Positions 44,785 to 56,100 of a stretch of DNA of 64,000 nt are shown here, piece by piece (within the stretch, counting starts at the first letter, position 1; every line of letters starts with the position of its first letter). The notes beneath the pieces were generated by a model that was not told the DNA's origin, searched no databases, and worked only from the letters and a program-made list of their open reading frames with translations. Both the position numbers and the translations under genes were made by a program. The stretch is from Dendrobates tinctorius (Eukaryota): NCBI RefSeq assembly GCF_039654945.1, contig NW_027361784.1, positions 31,124,001 to 31,188,000 of the forward strand. Direction: 5' to 3'.

Positions 44785-47669
44785 AGTGTAGGGTTCGAGC
44801 AGGCTCACAGGATGCAGTGACGAGACACGAGACTGAATGTGGGGTGAAATAAACTTTTATAAGTTTTAAAGCCGCAAGGGCTAAAACTGCTTAAATCAGA
44901 CAAAAGGGGAAACACTTATTTGTCCTCGCAGGGACTCGTAAAACAACATTAAAAAAAACAAAAAGGGTCCTTATTTTCTCTATAATACACTTAGCCTTCC
45001 GGGCGTCGCTCGAGTTCACGACCACTCAGGGGTTGCAGATGTGGCTGCCTTGTAATCCACGACTTCCCGGAAGGACTTGTGCTTGTCCAGCCCCGAAGAG
45101 ACCAGAACGATGGGGCGCAGCAGGCCCTTAAGAAACTGGACGGTGGGGCGCAACGGGCCCTGTAGTAACCGGAACGATGGGGCACAACAGGCCCTGAAGA
45201 AACCGGAACGATGGGGCACAACAGGCCCTGAAGAAACTGGGCGGTGGGGCGCAACGGGCCCTGAAGAAATGGGGTCGGTGGGGCACAACGGGCCCTGAAG
45301 AAGCTGGCACGGTGGGGCACAACAGGCCCTGAAGAAATGGGGTCGGTGGGGCACAACGGGCCCTGAAGAAGCTGGCACGGTGGGGCACAACAGGCCCTGA
45401 AGAAGTGGGGTCGGTGGGGCACAACGGGCCCTGAAGAAACTGTTCAGGGGGTCAATCTCCCAGGCGTCCGTTTAGAGGCGCTCGTTCCCCAGCCAGGTCA
45501 TGACGCAGTTTCAAAAAAGACATAAACGTTAACAAATTCTGCTCAGTGTCCCCTCAGTAACCGGGACGGGCTCTGCGGCCGCCTATAGCGAGGTGACGTC
45601 CCCTGAGGTCGGTGATGACGGGGCCGCGGCTGTGGGAGAAGACAGGGGGGCAGTGTCCTGGCCACTGTACCGGATTGCTGTGTCGTCGCAGCGGTCGCCT
45701 GAGATCCCGGTCCTGTCACACCACGGAGGGAATCAGCGGCCGTCACTTTATCTGAATCTTTGCGGGGGGAAACTCCCGGGGAGAGTCTCTTACGCGTCAA
45801 CCTTCGGTAAGTCTCAAATTTCCCTTTTTCAATCTCCTGCCTGTCTCTCTTTTCCACACCGTCAGTTGCCACAGTCCTCTCTCTGCCGCACGGCTTCCTC
45901 TCTCCTGTCAGGCTCTCTGCCAACTGCCACCTCAGCGCGTCCCCTGCTCCTTTTACCCTCGCCCCGCCCCCTGTTGCCCTGACAACTTCAGTCGCATGTC
46001 TCCCTTTGTAATCCCCCTGATGTGGTTTCTTCAACAACCCTGATGGCGGTCCCCCTGGTTCTAGCCCAATCACTGTATGGGGGTCCTCCTCCCCACACCT
46101 GTAGGCCTCTTTCAGGTTGATGGCTCTTACCCATGGGCTTCACAAAATTGCTCCAAATGATTCACTGTGCAGCGTCTTCGTAGACCTCGCCAATCACAAT
46201 TCAGCCAGATACAGTTAATGTTGGGACTAGCCCACAGTGGAAGGGGTTAGTGTTTTGGAAAGTGACAAAGATCCTGTTAGTTTTTCAGATAGGTTTGGGA
46301 GTGAAAAGTGAGCACAGCTGCATGAATGGGTGACTCTAAGTGAAAAGAGACTAAGGACAAGGGATAGCGTGATCCTAAAGAAAAGTTACAAACGAAACAG
46401 GGTGAATGTCCATAGAAGGGTTCTTTGATAGGATGCCGAGTCACGATCACCAGAGCTTGTAACACATAAGGTAACGAACCTAAGCAGGACTGAGTACAAT
46501 GGACTAGTGATGGTCCTGAGTGCAATGGCTCCAGGGTGCCTGTTGTGGAACAAATAGGATGAGGAACCGCTGAGCAAGTAAGGAGCCGTGCTGATCAGGA
46601 CTGTAGCGTTAAACCTGGGTGGTGGTGGAGTAGAGCGAAACAGTGTGCCTCACTAGCCCTGGAGTAAACTACAGAGGAAGGATACTGTGTCGAAAATGTT
46701 TCATACTGTAAAGGAAACGTTTATAAGGCTTTGTACCCGCTATCCCTTGTATATAGCACAAGTTACCGTTTGGTAAAGAGTTTATGTTTGGTGGTCTCCC
46801 TCTCTGAACTGTACAACATCTGGTCCCGGCACACCCACAACGCCAGTTCATGCAGCTTGCAGGAGCGTAATGCCCTCACAGCACAAGTCCACACACCCAA
46901 GTAGGACCCACAATTTCATGTAGTGCACCGGGGCGTAAAAGGAGACCGGTGACTCTCCGCTTTTACCGACCTGCACTACACTATCTCAGCTCACATTTCT
47001 CTTCAGTTCCAGATCCATTTTTGCAACAGAGCGGTTGCCCCGCTTCTCCACTTAGCATACCTTGCAGTGTCTCCTGTTCACTATGGATTGGCTATGGGGA
47101 TGACTCATGGACCACCATTATTTACGTGACGTGGAGCTTAGTATGCAGGACATGCGGCAAAGCAGCAGAGTGTATGCAAGGAGATGCAAAATGAGTTGGA
47201 AGAGGGTGTGAAGCCATGGGCATACCTAGAATGGGAACGTATGTGGCAGTGGCACTCGAGGCAGCTATAAAGATAAGACTATGGGTGACCGAACACACAA
47301 TATGATACTGGTAGGCTTGGACAGATATGAGAACCTGCAGAAAGATTCGGCATATCTATTTTCAGATTGCCGGTTCTTTTGTTCTTAGTGAGATAAGTCG
47401 CCAACATTGAAGAACACTGAAGTGATTGGCAGCGTGAGCGCTCCTGCGTAAGGAGGAGTCAGGAGAAACGTCTGTCGTCTGAAACATCCTTTGGGCGACA
47501 GGTAAGTTGGCAATTGGCAAATATGGCTTAAGGGCGAAAATTTTTTTAAAGAACATGGAAAACATAACGTGCAGATCGGGAGAATAATTCCATAATATTT
47601 CATACTGCATACATGATAGATGTCTCTGTAAATTTCTCATAGATGAAATGTGAAGATGTATTGTTTATA

Positions 47670-48665
47670 CCGGGTGAGTCATAAAGGACGGACGTTTTTA
47701 AACTAATCATAAAATCGTTAAATATTTATTAAATATAAATGTATTCACAGATTTGGTTACGTATACTAATAGCATTTGACAAATTCAAGTGTGGAAAACA
47801 ACATCTGCCATGTGGTGGCCATTATCAGTGATGCATTTCCAAAGGTGTTCTTGGAAGTTGGCATCAACACGTTCCAACACAACTCTGTCGATTTGGGCAA
47901 CTTCCACTCGAATAGCTTCCTTCAGTTCTAATGATCGAGGCTTAAGCTTGTATACACGTGATTTGAGGTGACCCCATAAGTAATAATCGCACATGGACAG
48001 GTCTGGGGACCTAGGAGGCCAATTAATATCGCCAAACCTGGAAATGATGCGACCAGGGAAGAGAGGGCGAAGAACGTTCATTGTTGCTCCGGCTGTGTGG
48101 GCCGTTGCCCCATCTTGTTGAAACCACACACTAGAGATGGGGATATGTTGCCGTCGTAACTCAGGAACAAAGAAGTTATTTATCATGGCGATATAACGTT
48201 GTGAGTTCACGGTAACAGTATTGCCATTATCGCCTTCGAAAAAGTACGGACCGATCACGCCATATTTGCCCATAGCGCACCACACCGTTACCTTAGGGCT
48301 GTGCAGCGGTACGTGCCGTTCGTGGAGCCCCCGGTGGTCGTTTGTTCATTAGTGTACCTCGTGTACGGAGTGCTTCAACCCAACGTAGGATAGTGTTACG
48401 AGCGGGAACAGCTTGATTTCTGTGAATATTGAAATGACGCCGAAACTCACGCTGAACGGCTGTGATACACTCATTATTCTTGACAAAATTGTCGTACGCA
48501 AAAACGCGATGTTCTATCGTCCACGGCACCATAGCTTAAACTGAAACTAAAATAAAAACAATGCTTTCACCTCACAAACATAACCCCGCCTCCCGCACAT
48601 CTCTACCTCCACCTGGTGGTGAGTTATAGCCACTTCAAATACATCCGTCCTTTATGACTCACCCG
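47670..48665 (-). mobile_element. Internally deleted DD41D (rosa/Visitor) Tc1/mariner transposon
   Basis: TIRs cgggtgagtcataaaggacgga (47671-47692 / 48644-48665), TA flanks, ~1 kb. Confidence 0.9.
47785..48532 (-). pseudogene. DD41D transposase with central deletion
   Basis: The N-terminal HTH segment (VQREFRRHFN..VPARNTILRWV) is joined out of frame to LHSPKVTVWCA...WFQQDGATAH...WPPRSPDLSMCDYYLWG. There are 41 residues between the last two catalytic Asp. Confidence 0.88.
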
Positions 48666-48974
48666 TATAATGGGGTATGATTCTTGCTTTGTTCTGGCGC
48701 TCATTCTAGCGATATTTTGGATGGCCGTACCTCGCAGTCAGCATTGTGTGTCCTATTAACCGAATGAATGTACAAGTGTTTCCAACATATGGCCATCTAT
48801 TCAGGATAGTTAAATAATGTGTATCCTGCAGCATCTGTTCCCTGCAGCTCCATGTGCAAGCTTATTGTAGGCCAGTGATTTACAAGAATTTGCCTTGTCA
48901 GATGTGTTCGGATATGAATTTCTATAATGAAATTTGAATCCGTGTTGGAGTCTGACCAGCAGTCAATATTCTTG

Positions 48975-49790
48975 ATTGGCAGCACCTCAGTTTCCTCCCT
49001 ACCTACAGCCTTCTGAATCTCTGCCCAGCTAGCTTAATTGACAGCTCCTCATTGTCACTCCTCCCTGTTGCTGCTGAATCGGTGTTTCTCCTCAGTGCTG
49101 CTGTTGAATCTCTGCCCACCTTGCCTGATTAACAGGTCCTCAATATCCCTCCATCCTGCTGCAGAATCTCTGACCACCTAGATTTATAGACAGTACCTCA
49201 GTGCCCCTCTTCCCTGCTGCTGCTGAATTTCCACCTCTGTAGCTTGTTAGAGAGCTAGTCACTGTCATTCCGTAATGCTGCTGAATCTCTATACTCCGTG
49301 CTGACAGGTCCTCAACATCCCTCCTCTCTGCTGCTGAATCTCTGCTCAACTAACTTAACTAATAGCTCCTCAATGTCCCTCCTCCCTGCTGCTTCTGTAT
49401 GCCTACCCACCTAGCTTGAATGAGAGAAAATCAGTGTACCTTCTGCTGATGAATCTCCACCACTCTAGCTCGTTAGACAGCTAGTCACTGTCCCTCCTTA
49501 ATTCTGCTACTGAGAGGTCCTAAATGTCCCTCCTCTCTGTTGCTGAATTTCTGCTCAACTAGCTTGATTGACAGCACCTCAGTGTCCCTCCTCCCTGCTG
49601 CTGCTAGATCTCCATCACTCTAGCTTTCTAGACAGCTAGCCACTGTCCCTCCTTAATGCTGCTGGATCTCTGTACACCTTGTTACTGCCAGGTCCTCAAT
49701 GTCCCTCCTCCCTGCTGCTGAATTTCTGCTCAACTAGCTTGATTGACAGCACCTCAGTGTCCCTTGTCCCTGCTGCTTCTGAGTCCCTAC
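48975..49790. repeat. Degenerate tandem repeat (gacagcacctcagtgtccctcctccctgctgctgaatctctg...)
   Basis: Recurrent ~55-60 bp motif. Confidence 0.75.
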
Positions 49791-49882
49791 CGAGCAGTAC
49801 AAGCTACAGCTTTCAGTCAGGCTAGGTGGGTGGGGATTTACTTTCATTCACATTAAATACTGTTGTTTGACTCCTTATGTCA

Positions 49883-51232
49883 TCTACTCTGTCCTCCTTC
49901 TCCTAGACCCATCGTCTGCCTTCGACACCGTAGACCATTCCCTCCTGCTACAGACTCTCTCATCTCTTGGCATCACAGACTTGGCCCTATCCTGGATCTC
50001 ATCATACCTAACACACCGAACATTTAGTGTCTCCCTCTCACACACCACCTCCTAACCTCGCCCCCTGTCTGTTGGTGTTCCTCAAGGCTCTGTCCTAGGA
50101 CCCCTACTATTCTCCATCTACACTTTTGGCTTGGGACAGCTCATAGAATCCTACGGTTTGCAGTATCACCTCTATGCCGATGACACGCAGATCTACCTAT
50201 CTGGACCCAACCTCGCCTCCTTACTGACTGAAATCCCACTATCTCAGCCTTCTTCTCTGCTCGCTTTCTCAAACTGAACATGGACAAGACAGAATTCATC
50301 ATCTTTCCCCCATCCCCATCTCACTCTACCCCTCCACCAGACCTATCCATCAGCGTCAATGGCTGCTTTCTTTCCCCAGTCCTGCACGCTCGGTGCTTTG
50401 GGGTGATCCTCGACTCTGCGCTCTCTTTCAAACCACATATCCATGCCCTCGCCTCCTCCTGCCACTTCAAACTCAAAAATATTTCCCGGATCCGCTCATT
50501 CCTCAACCACGAAACCACAAAAACACTAGTGCATGCTCTTATCATCTCCTGCCTCGACTACTACAACCTCCTACTCTTTGGCCTCCCCTCTAGCACTCTG
50601 GCTCCGCTCCAGTCCATCCTACACTCCGCTGCCCGACTAATCAACCTGTCTCCCCGCTATTCCCCAGCCTCCCCCCTATGCCAGGCCCTTCACTGGCTTC
50701 CTATTGCCCAGAGGCTCCAATTCAAAACCCTAACCATGAAATACAAAGCCATCCACAACCTGTCTCCTCCATACATCTGTGACATGGTCTCTAGGTACCT
50801 ACCTGCACGCAACCTTTGATCATCTCAAGGTCTCCTTCTCTACTCCCCCCTTATCTCTTCTTCCCAAAAACGAATACAAGACTTCTCCCGTGCTTCCCCC
50901 ATACTCTGGAACTCTCTGGCGCAACACATCAGACTCTCACCATCAACGGAAACCTTCAAGAAGAACCTGAAGACCCACCTGTTCTGACAAGCCTACAGCC
51001 TGCAATGATCCTCGGTCTACTGAACCACCGCACGACCTGCTCTACCCTCTCCTACTGTATCCTCACCCATCCCTGTAGACTGTGAGCCCTCGCGGGCAGG
51101 GTCCCCTCTCCTTATGTACTTGTGTGTCCCTTGTCTTACACATGTTTATTATACTTGTCTATATTTCCCCTTTTCACATGTAAAGCGCCATGGAATAAAT
51201 GGTGCTATATAAATGCATAATAATAATAATAA
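49883..51232 (+). mobile_element. 5'-truncated L2 LINE (RT C-terminal half, 3' UTR, (TAA)n tail)
   Basis: [44 protein letters not shown]; ends tgtaaagcgccatggaataaatggtgctatataaatgca(taa)n. Confidence 0.94.
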
Positions 51233-51795
51233 TCTATCCTGAATCTGCCATTAACAGCTCAGCCCCAGCCCAGGGACATAATAATAATAAATGCAGGGGT
51301 TGCAATTGCACCCGTGTCCTGGAGCTTATGGGCCAAAAAGATTCCTTTGGCCTTTATGAAAAGACCTTTATTAATAAAGATCTGTTGTAATTGGGGGCCA
51401 CATTGGAGGTTTTGCATTGAGGCCCACGAGCTTCAAGTTACACCACTGGCTCAGCCTATTTATTTCAATTAGGAGGGCTAAATGGGTTGTCTCGTGAAGG
51501 CAACCCATTTTTACATACAATCAATTACTTTATTCTGTAGGTTCCCAATGTGCAGACCTGTAGAAGGGTCTTCCAAGCTTGAGCTCCCCACAATAACATC
51601 CATATGTCCTATGAAGACATATGGACATGGGTTTTCTTCAAGTACCAACCACTTTAGACCAGTTCGGACACTTTTTGAAGACCAACATGGAGGCAGCCAG
51701 AACCCAAAGACAATTGATCGTCATCTCATCCTGTCTGACTTATGACCAGCTTTGAAGAAATAACAGAGAGGACCCTAGTAGATAATGTGATTTGG

Positions 51796-53548
51796 TGTAA
51801 CGCTCGTGCCCTGACTGGTTGTTGCGAGCATGGGATTGTGGCCCCACTGTGCCACAAACAAGACTACTCTGGAAGGGGCGTGACTAAGCAACTACCTTGG
51901 TGTTCACCGGAGTCTCTGATGGTGAGGTCAGGCTGGTGCGGCAGGTAGCTTCCAGGTACCACTCCAGGGCGGTGTCTGGCTATAGCAGCTGATCCCACTG
52001 AGGGACTGAACACTGATAGCAGGTGCGGGCATGTACAGACGGGCACGACTGGTACTCTGGTGGGCATGGCTGGCACTCTGGCAGGCGGGTACGGCTAGCA
52101 CTCTGGCAGGCAGGCACGGCTGGCATTCTGACAGGCAGGCAGGCACGACTGGCACTCTGGCAGGTAGGCGGGCATGGCTGACACTCTGGCAGGAAGGCGG
52201 GCACAGCTGGCACTCTGGCAGGCAGGCAGGCACAGCCGGCACTCTGGCAGGCAGGCGGGCACAGCCGGCACTCTGGCAGACAGGTGGGCACGGCTAGCAG
52301 GCAGGTGGGCATGACTGTCACTTTGGCAGGTGGGCATGGACAAAAGGGACAGGAACTGACTCGGAGGGGACAAGAACACGGGCTGGTACGTGTGGTATAT
52401 GGAAGCAGGTAGGGACCTATTCAGACTGGAGAAGCTGGAAAAGATTAGGGAAGGACATGTACACAAACAGGTATGAGTAGTGTGTGGTAACAGGTAGGAA
52501 CCAGTTGAGACTGGAGAGACAGGAACTGGTAGGGTACGGAGCGGAAAAAGAGCAGAGCCGCATGGTGCGGAACCGCAAGGTGCGGAACAGGAGCAGATCT
52601 GCAAGGTGCTGAACAGGAGCAGAACCGCAGGGTGCGGAACAGAAGCAAAGCAGAACGGCAAGGTGCGGAGCGAGAGCAAAGCAGAACCACAAGGTGCAGA
52701 GCGAGAGCAAAGCAGAACTACAAGGTGTAGAGTGAGAGACAAAGCAGAACTGCAAGGTGCGGAGCGACAGGAATGCAGAACCGCAATGTGCGGAGCGAGA
52801 GCAAAGCAGAACTGCAAGGTGTAGAGTGAGAGCAAAGCAGAACTGCAAGGTGCGGAGCGACAGGAATGCAGAACCGCAATGTGCGGAGCGAGAGCAGAAC
52901 CGCAGGATGCGGATCGAGAGCAGAACCGCAGGATGCGGAGCGAGAGCAGAACCGCAGGAGGCGTAACAAGAGCAGAACCGCAGGATGCAGAGCGAGAGCG
53001 CAACAAAGTCGCAGGAGGAGAGACGACAAGGAAAGGCAACAGACAGGGATACGAATGGACACCACAGGTAAAGGACTTAGATCAGACAAGGTCAGGTACG
53101 GGACAAGGTACAGGAATAGAACACAGTCCAGACAAGGACGGACACGGGAACAAATAAAGGACAAGGACACAGGCCTGACTATGCAGCCCTCAGGGAGGCA
53201 GGAACACAAGACACATATAGCACAGTAACAGGTCTGGGAATGCAGCCCCCAGAGAAGGTGTAAAACAGGACAGGACCTGGCAACTCAGCAGCAAGGCACT
53301 GACTGAGCGAAATCGTTGATCAGGCATCCTCCAATGCCTTAAGCACCTGATGCCTCTTGGCAATTGGCTGGGGACACCTTAGGAAGGTGTACACTGTCTC
53401 TACAAGAACCAGAAGACCCAGCGCCTCTTAAGCATACAGCCAGGAAGTATGCAAAGACCAGGCAGGAGTCATGAGGTTTCAGAGCATAAGTAAGATGGTA
53501 CCTGATGGGAGATGGAAGCCATGCAGTGATGCTGACAGGGTTGTTACA
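51796..53548 (-). mobile_element. Solo LTR expanded by two internal minisatellites (~52020-52340, ~52555-53010)
   Basis: TGTAAC...GTTACA termini; flanks TTTGG / TGTGG give a 5-bp TSD with one mismatch. Orientation is inferred. Confidence 0.72.
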
Positions 53549-55099
53549 TGTGGCTTCAAATAGGCTCATCTCAATAAGGTCTAGTATTCTGATAAATCTT
53601 TATAACATCTTAGCTCCTCATGAATGAGTTCTTAAGTTTTTAAGTTAGTTTTTTTAGATTTACTAAATTTAGGTTATACATGGTTTACTTTAGTCTCCTA
53701 TCACTAATGTCTCCTCGACTAAAAATTGTACAGTAGCTAACCCCATGAAAAGAGAAAGCTCAATATTATTATCTACATACGGGTGACTGACATGGAATGC
53801 AAATGTTGACCAGGGAATATTCTATGGACGATTTAAGATTGTAGCATCCAGCCGGCCCAAAACTGGAATGAAATAGTGAACTGGACAAGATAATTGTCAC
53901 TTGTTTCGTTTCAGGTTGTCAGGTTCTAGATTTCTTTGTTAGCTCTGAAGATGAAGGATGACAGGTGCACCGCATAAGTCAATCACATTTCTTTGGCAGT
54001 AGAATTGCCCGTGCACCCTCCTGCCAGGGTTATGTCTTCACGGATGGCTTTTTTTTTGGGTGTACAGCTAGAGCCAAAGGAACTAAGGACCGTGACAAAT
54101 TATTCAAAGGGGCATCGTCGAAGAACAGACACCCAGACAATACATAAGTCTTGTATATACTGGAAGCCACTTGTAGCCCTGTCCTACGTGACCGGTTTCT
54201 CAAACTTTGTCTTGACAGTCCCAGATTGCTTGTCATATCCAACTCCGAGAGGCAATAGTATTTCACTTGGTGTCAAACAGATGTGACAATTTACAAGGAC
54301 TCCTTGGTAAAATAGAAACTGTCATACCTTATTGTAAACCAAGTTGAAGAGTGCCTACAGGTTGGAATACTAATCTCGGCTCTCAGCGACACTGTTTGAC
54401 TATAGGGACTTCTTGTCATGTTTTTGGTTTTAGGAGTTTATCAGGCATGGAAGTTATAGGCCAGGAATGTCCAACCTGCTGCCAGGGGGCCACATGTGGC
54501 CTTCAGTGCCATTCTCTGTGGCCCTCAACTATCTGCATATCGACATGTTTGTCTGGCTGTAGCTGCTGACATGAGTTATTCATGCCAAACATTAGAAGGG
54601 TGGCACAAGGGCAACAGCAGAGGCATAGCTTGGGGTTTAGTTCATGGGGCAGGATAAAACATCTGATCATGGCCCCTAACCAGGTTACCCTGACTACAAA
54701 TACAGTGTTGCACCCGAATAGTGAGTATAGGGGAACCTTGTCAGATGACTACTCGGGTACCGAAAATTACCATCCAATACAGAGCCGCTGCTGCCGTATG
54801 TGTCCCTATTACTGCACTTACTGTGTAGTACAATAGCAGCGCCAGTCTTACTGACCGACATAATAATGCCACCACTGTGCCCCTTTCAAGTTAAAATGCC
54901 TCCTTTGTGCCCCCCAGATAGTAAAATTGCCCTCTAGAAAAAATGAATGCCCAGTGCAAGTGCCCTAGAAAACAGTGTCCATATTTTGTCTACTAGAAAC
55001 TAATAATGTCCCGTGTGCCCCTTTGACAGTCACAATACCCTGAGTACCTTCAATAACAAGACGTGTCCAATTAACATTTAATAATGTTCCCTAAATCTC

Positions 55100-56100
55100 C
55101 CCCTATACAATAATGATGTCCCCTGAATCACCCCTGTAGAGTAATAATGTCCCCTGAGTCCCACTACAAACAGTAATAATGTCCCCTGAGTCTCTCCAGC
55201 ACAGCTCCTCTATACACAGTCAGCATGATGTCCCCACAGCTCCCTATACTCAGTATAATGCCCCCAAACTGCATAATGGCAATAACAGTAGTCTCCACAC
55301 TGTATGATGGGCCCACAGTAGTATACACTCTGTACTATGGCACCATTTGAAGCTTCTGTTCTGTATTATGACTCCACTTAGTAGCTCCCACACTGTGTGA
55401 AAGCCCCCTTAGCAGCTACCACTCTGTATGGGTGTGTTGTCTGCACCCCCTTAGTATCCCTTATACTGTATGAAAGCCCAGTTTACTAACCCTGACGCTG
55501 TATGAAGGTCCCACACTGTATGATGGTCCCCAAAATTTATGACGGTTCCCTTAATAGCTCCCAAGCTGTATAATGGCCTCTTTAGTATCCACATTCTGTA
55601 TGATAGACCCTCTTAGTAGCCCCTACAGCTGTAAAATGGCCTCTTTTGTATCATACACAATGTTGATGGACCCTCTTAGTAGCCCCTACAGCTGTACAAT
55701 GGCCTCTTTAGTATCCCCATTCTGTATGATAGACCCTCTTAGTAGCCCCTACAGCTGTACAATGGCCTCTTTAGTATCCCCATTCTGTATGATAGACCCT
55801 CTTAGTAGCCCCTACAGCTGTAAAATGGCCTCTTTTGTATCATACATAATGTTGATGGACCCTCTTAGTAGCCCCAAGCTGTACAATGGCCTCTTTAGTA
55901 TCCCCATTCTGTATGATAGACCCTCTTAGTAGCCCCTACAGCTGTACAATGGCCTCTTTTGTAGCATACACAATGTTAATGGACCACTTAGTAGCCCCAA
56001 GCTGTAATATGGACACATTAGTAGGGCCCATGCCTTATGATCACCCCCCTTAGTAGCCCTCACACTGTATGATGGACACCCTAGCAGCCTACATATTATT
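55100..56100. repeat. Minisatellite with ~30-bp subunit and 63-bp higher-order repeat (55570-55990), probably inside a non-autonomous hAT element starting near 54462
   Basis: gaccctcttagtagcccctacagctgtacaatggcctct... repeats; Charlie-like end caggaatgtccaacctg..gggccacatgtggcc at ~54462. Confidence 0.8.

Larger units (their letters stand above)
38443..46097 (-). mobile_element. Full-length, apparently intact Ty3/Gypsy LTR retrotransposon (tRNA-Ser primed)
   Basis: LTRs 38443-39752 (1310 bp) and 44787-46097 (1311 bp) with TG..CA ends; the only difference I saw is one A in a homopolymer. TSD CCTG; PBS, PPT, gag and pol are all present. Confidence 0.97.

Noticed and set aside
52031-53228. Long Cys/Pro/Ala-rich ORFs (up to 314 aa) on both strands
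   Set aside because: They are translations of minisatellites inside a solo LTR, open in several frames, with no protein domain.
55573-55929. 118-aa repetitive ORF (MASLVSPFCMIDPLSSPYSC)n
   Set aside because: It is an in-frame reading of a 63-bp tandem repeat.
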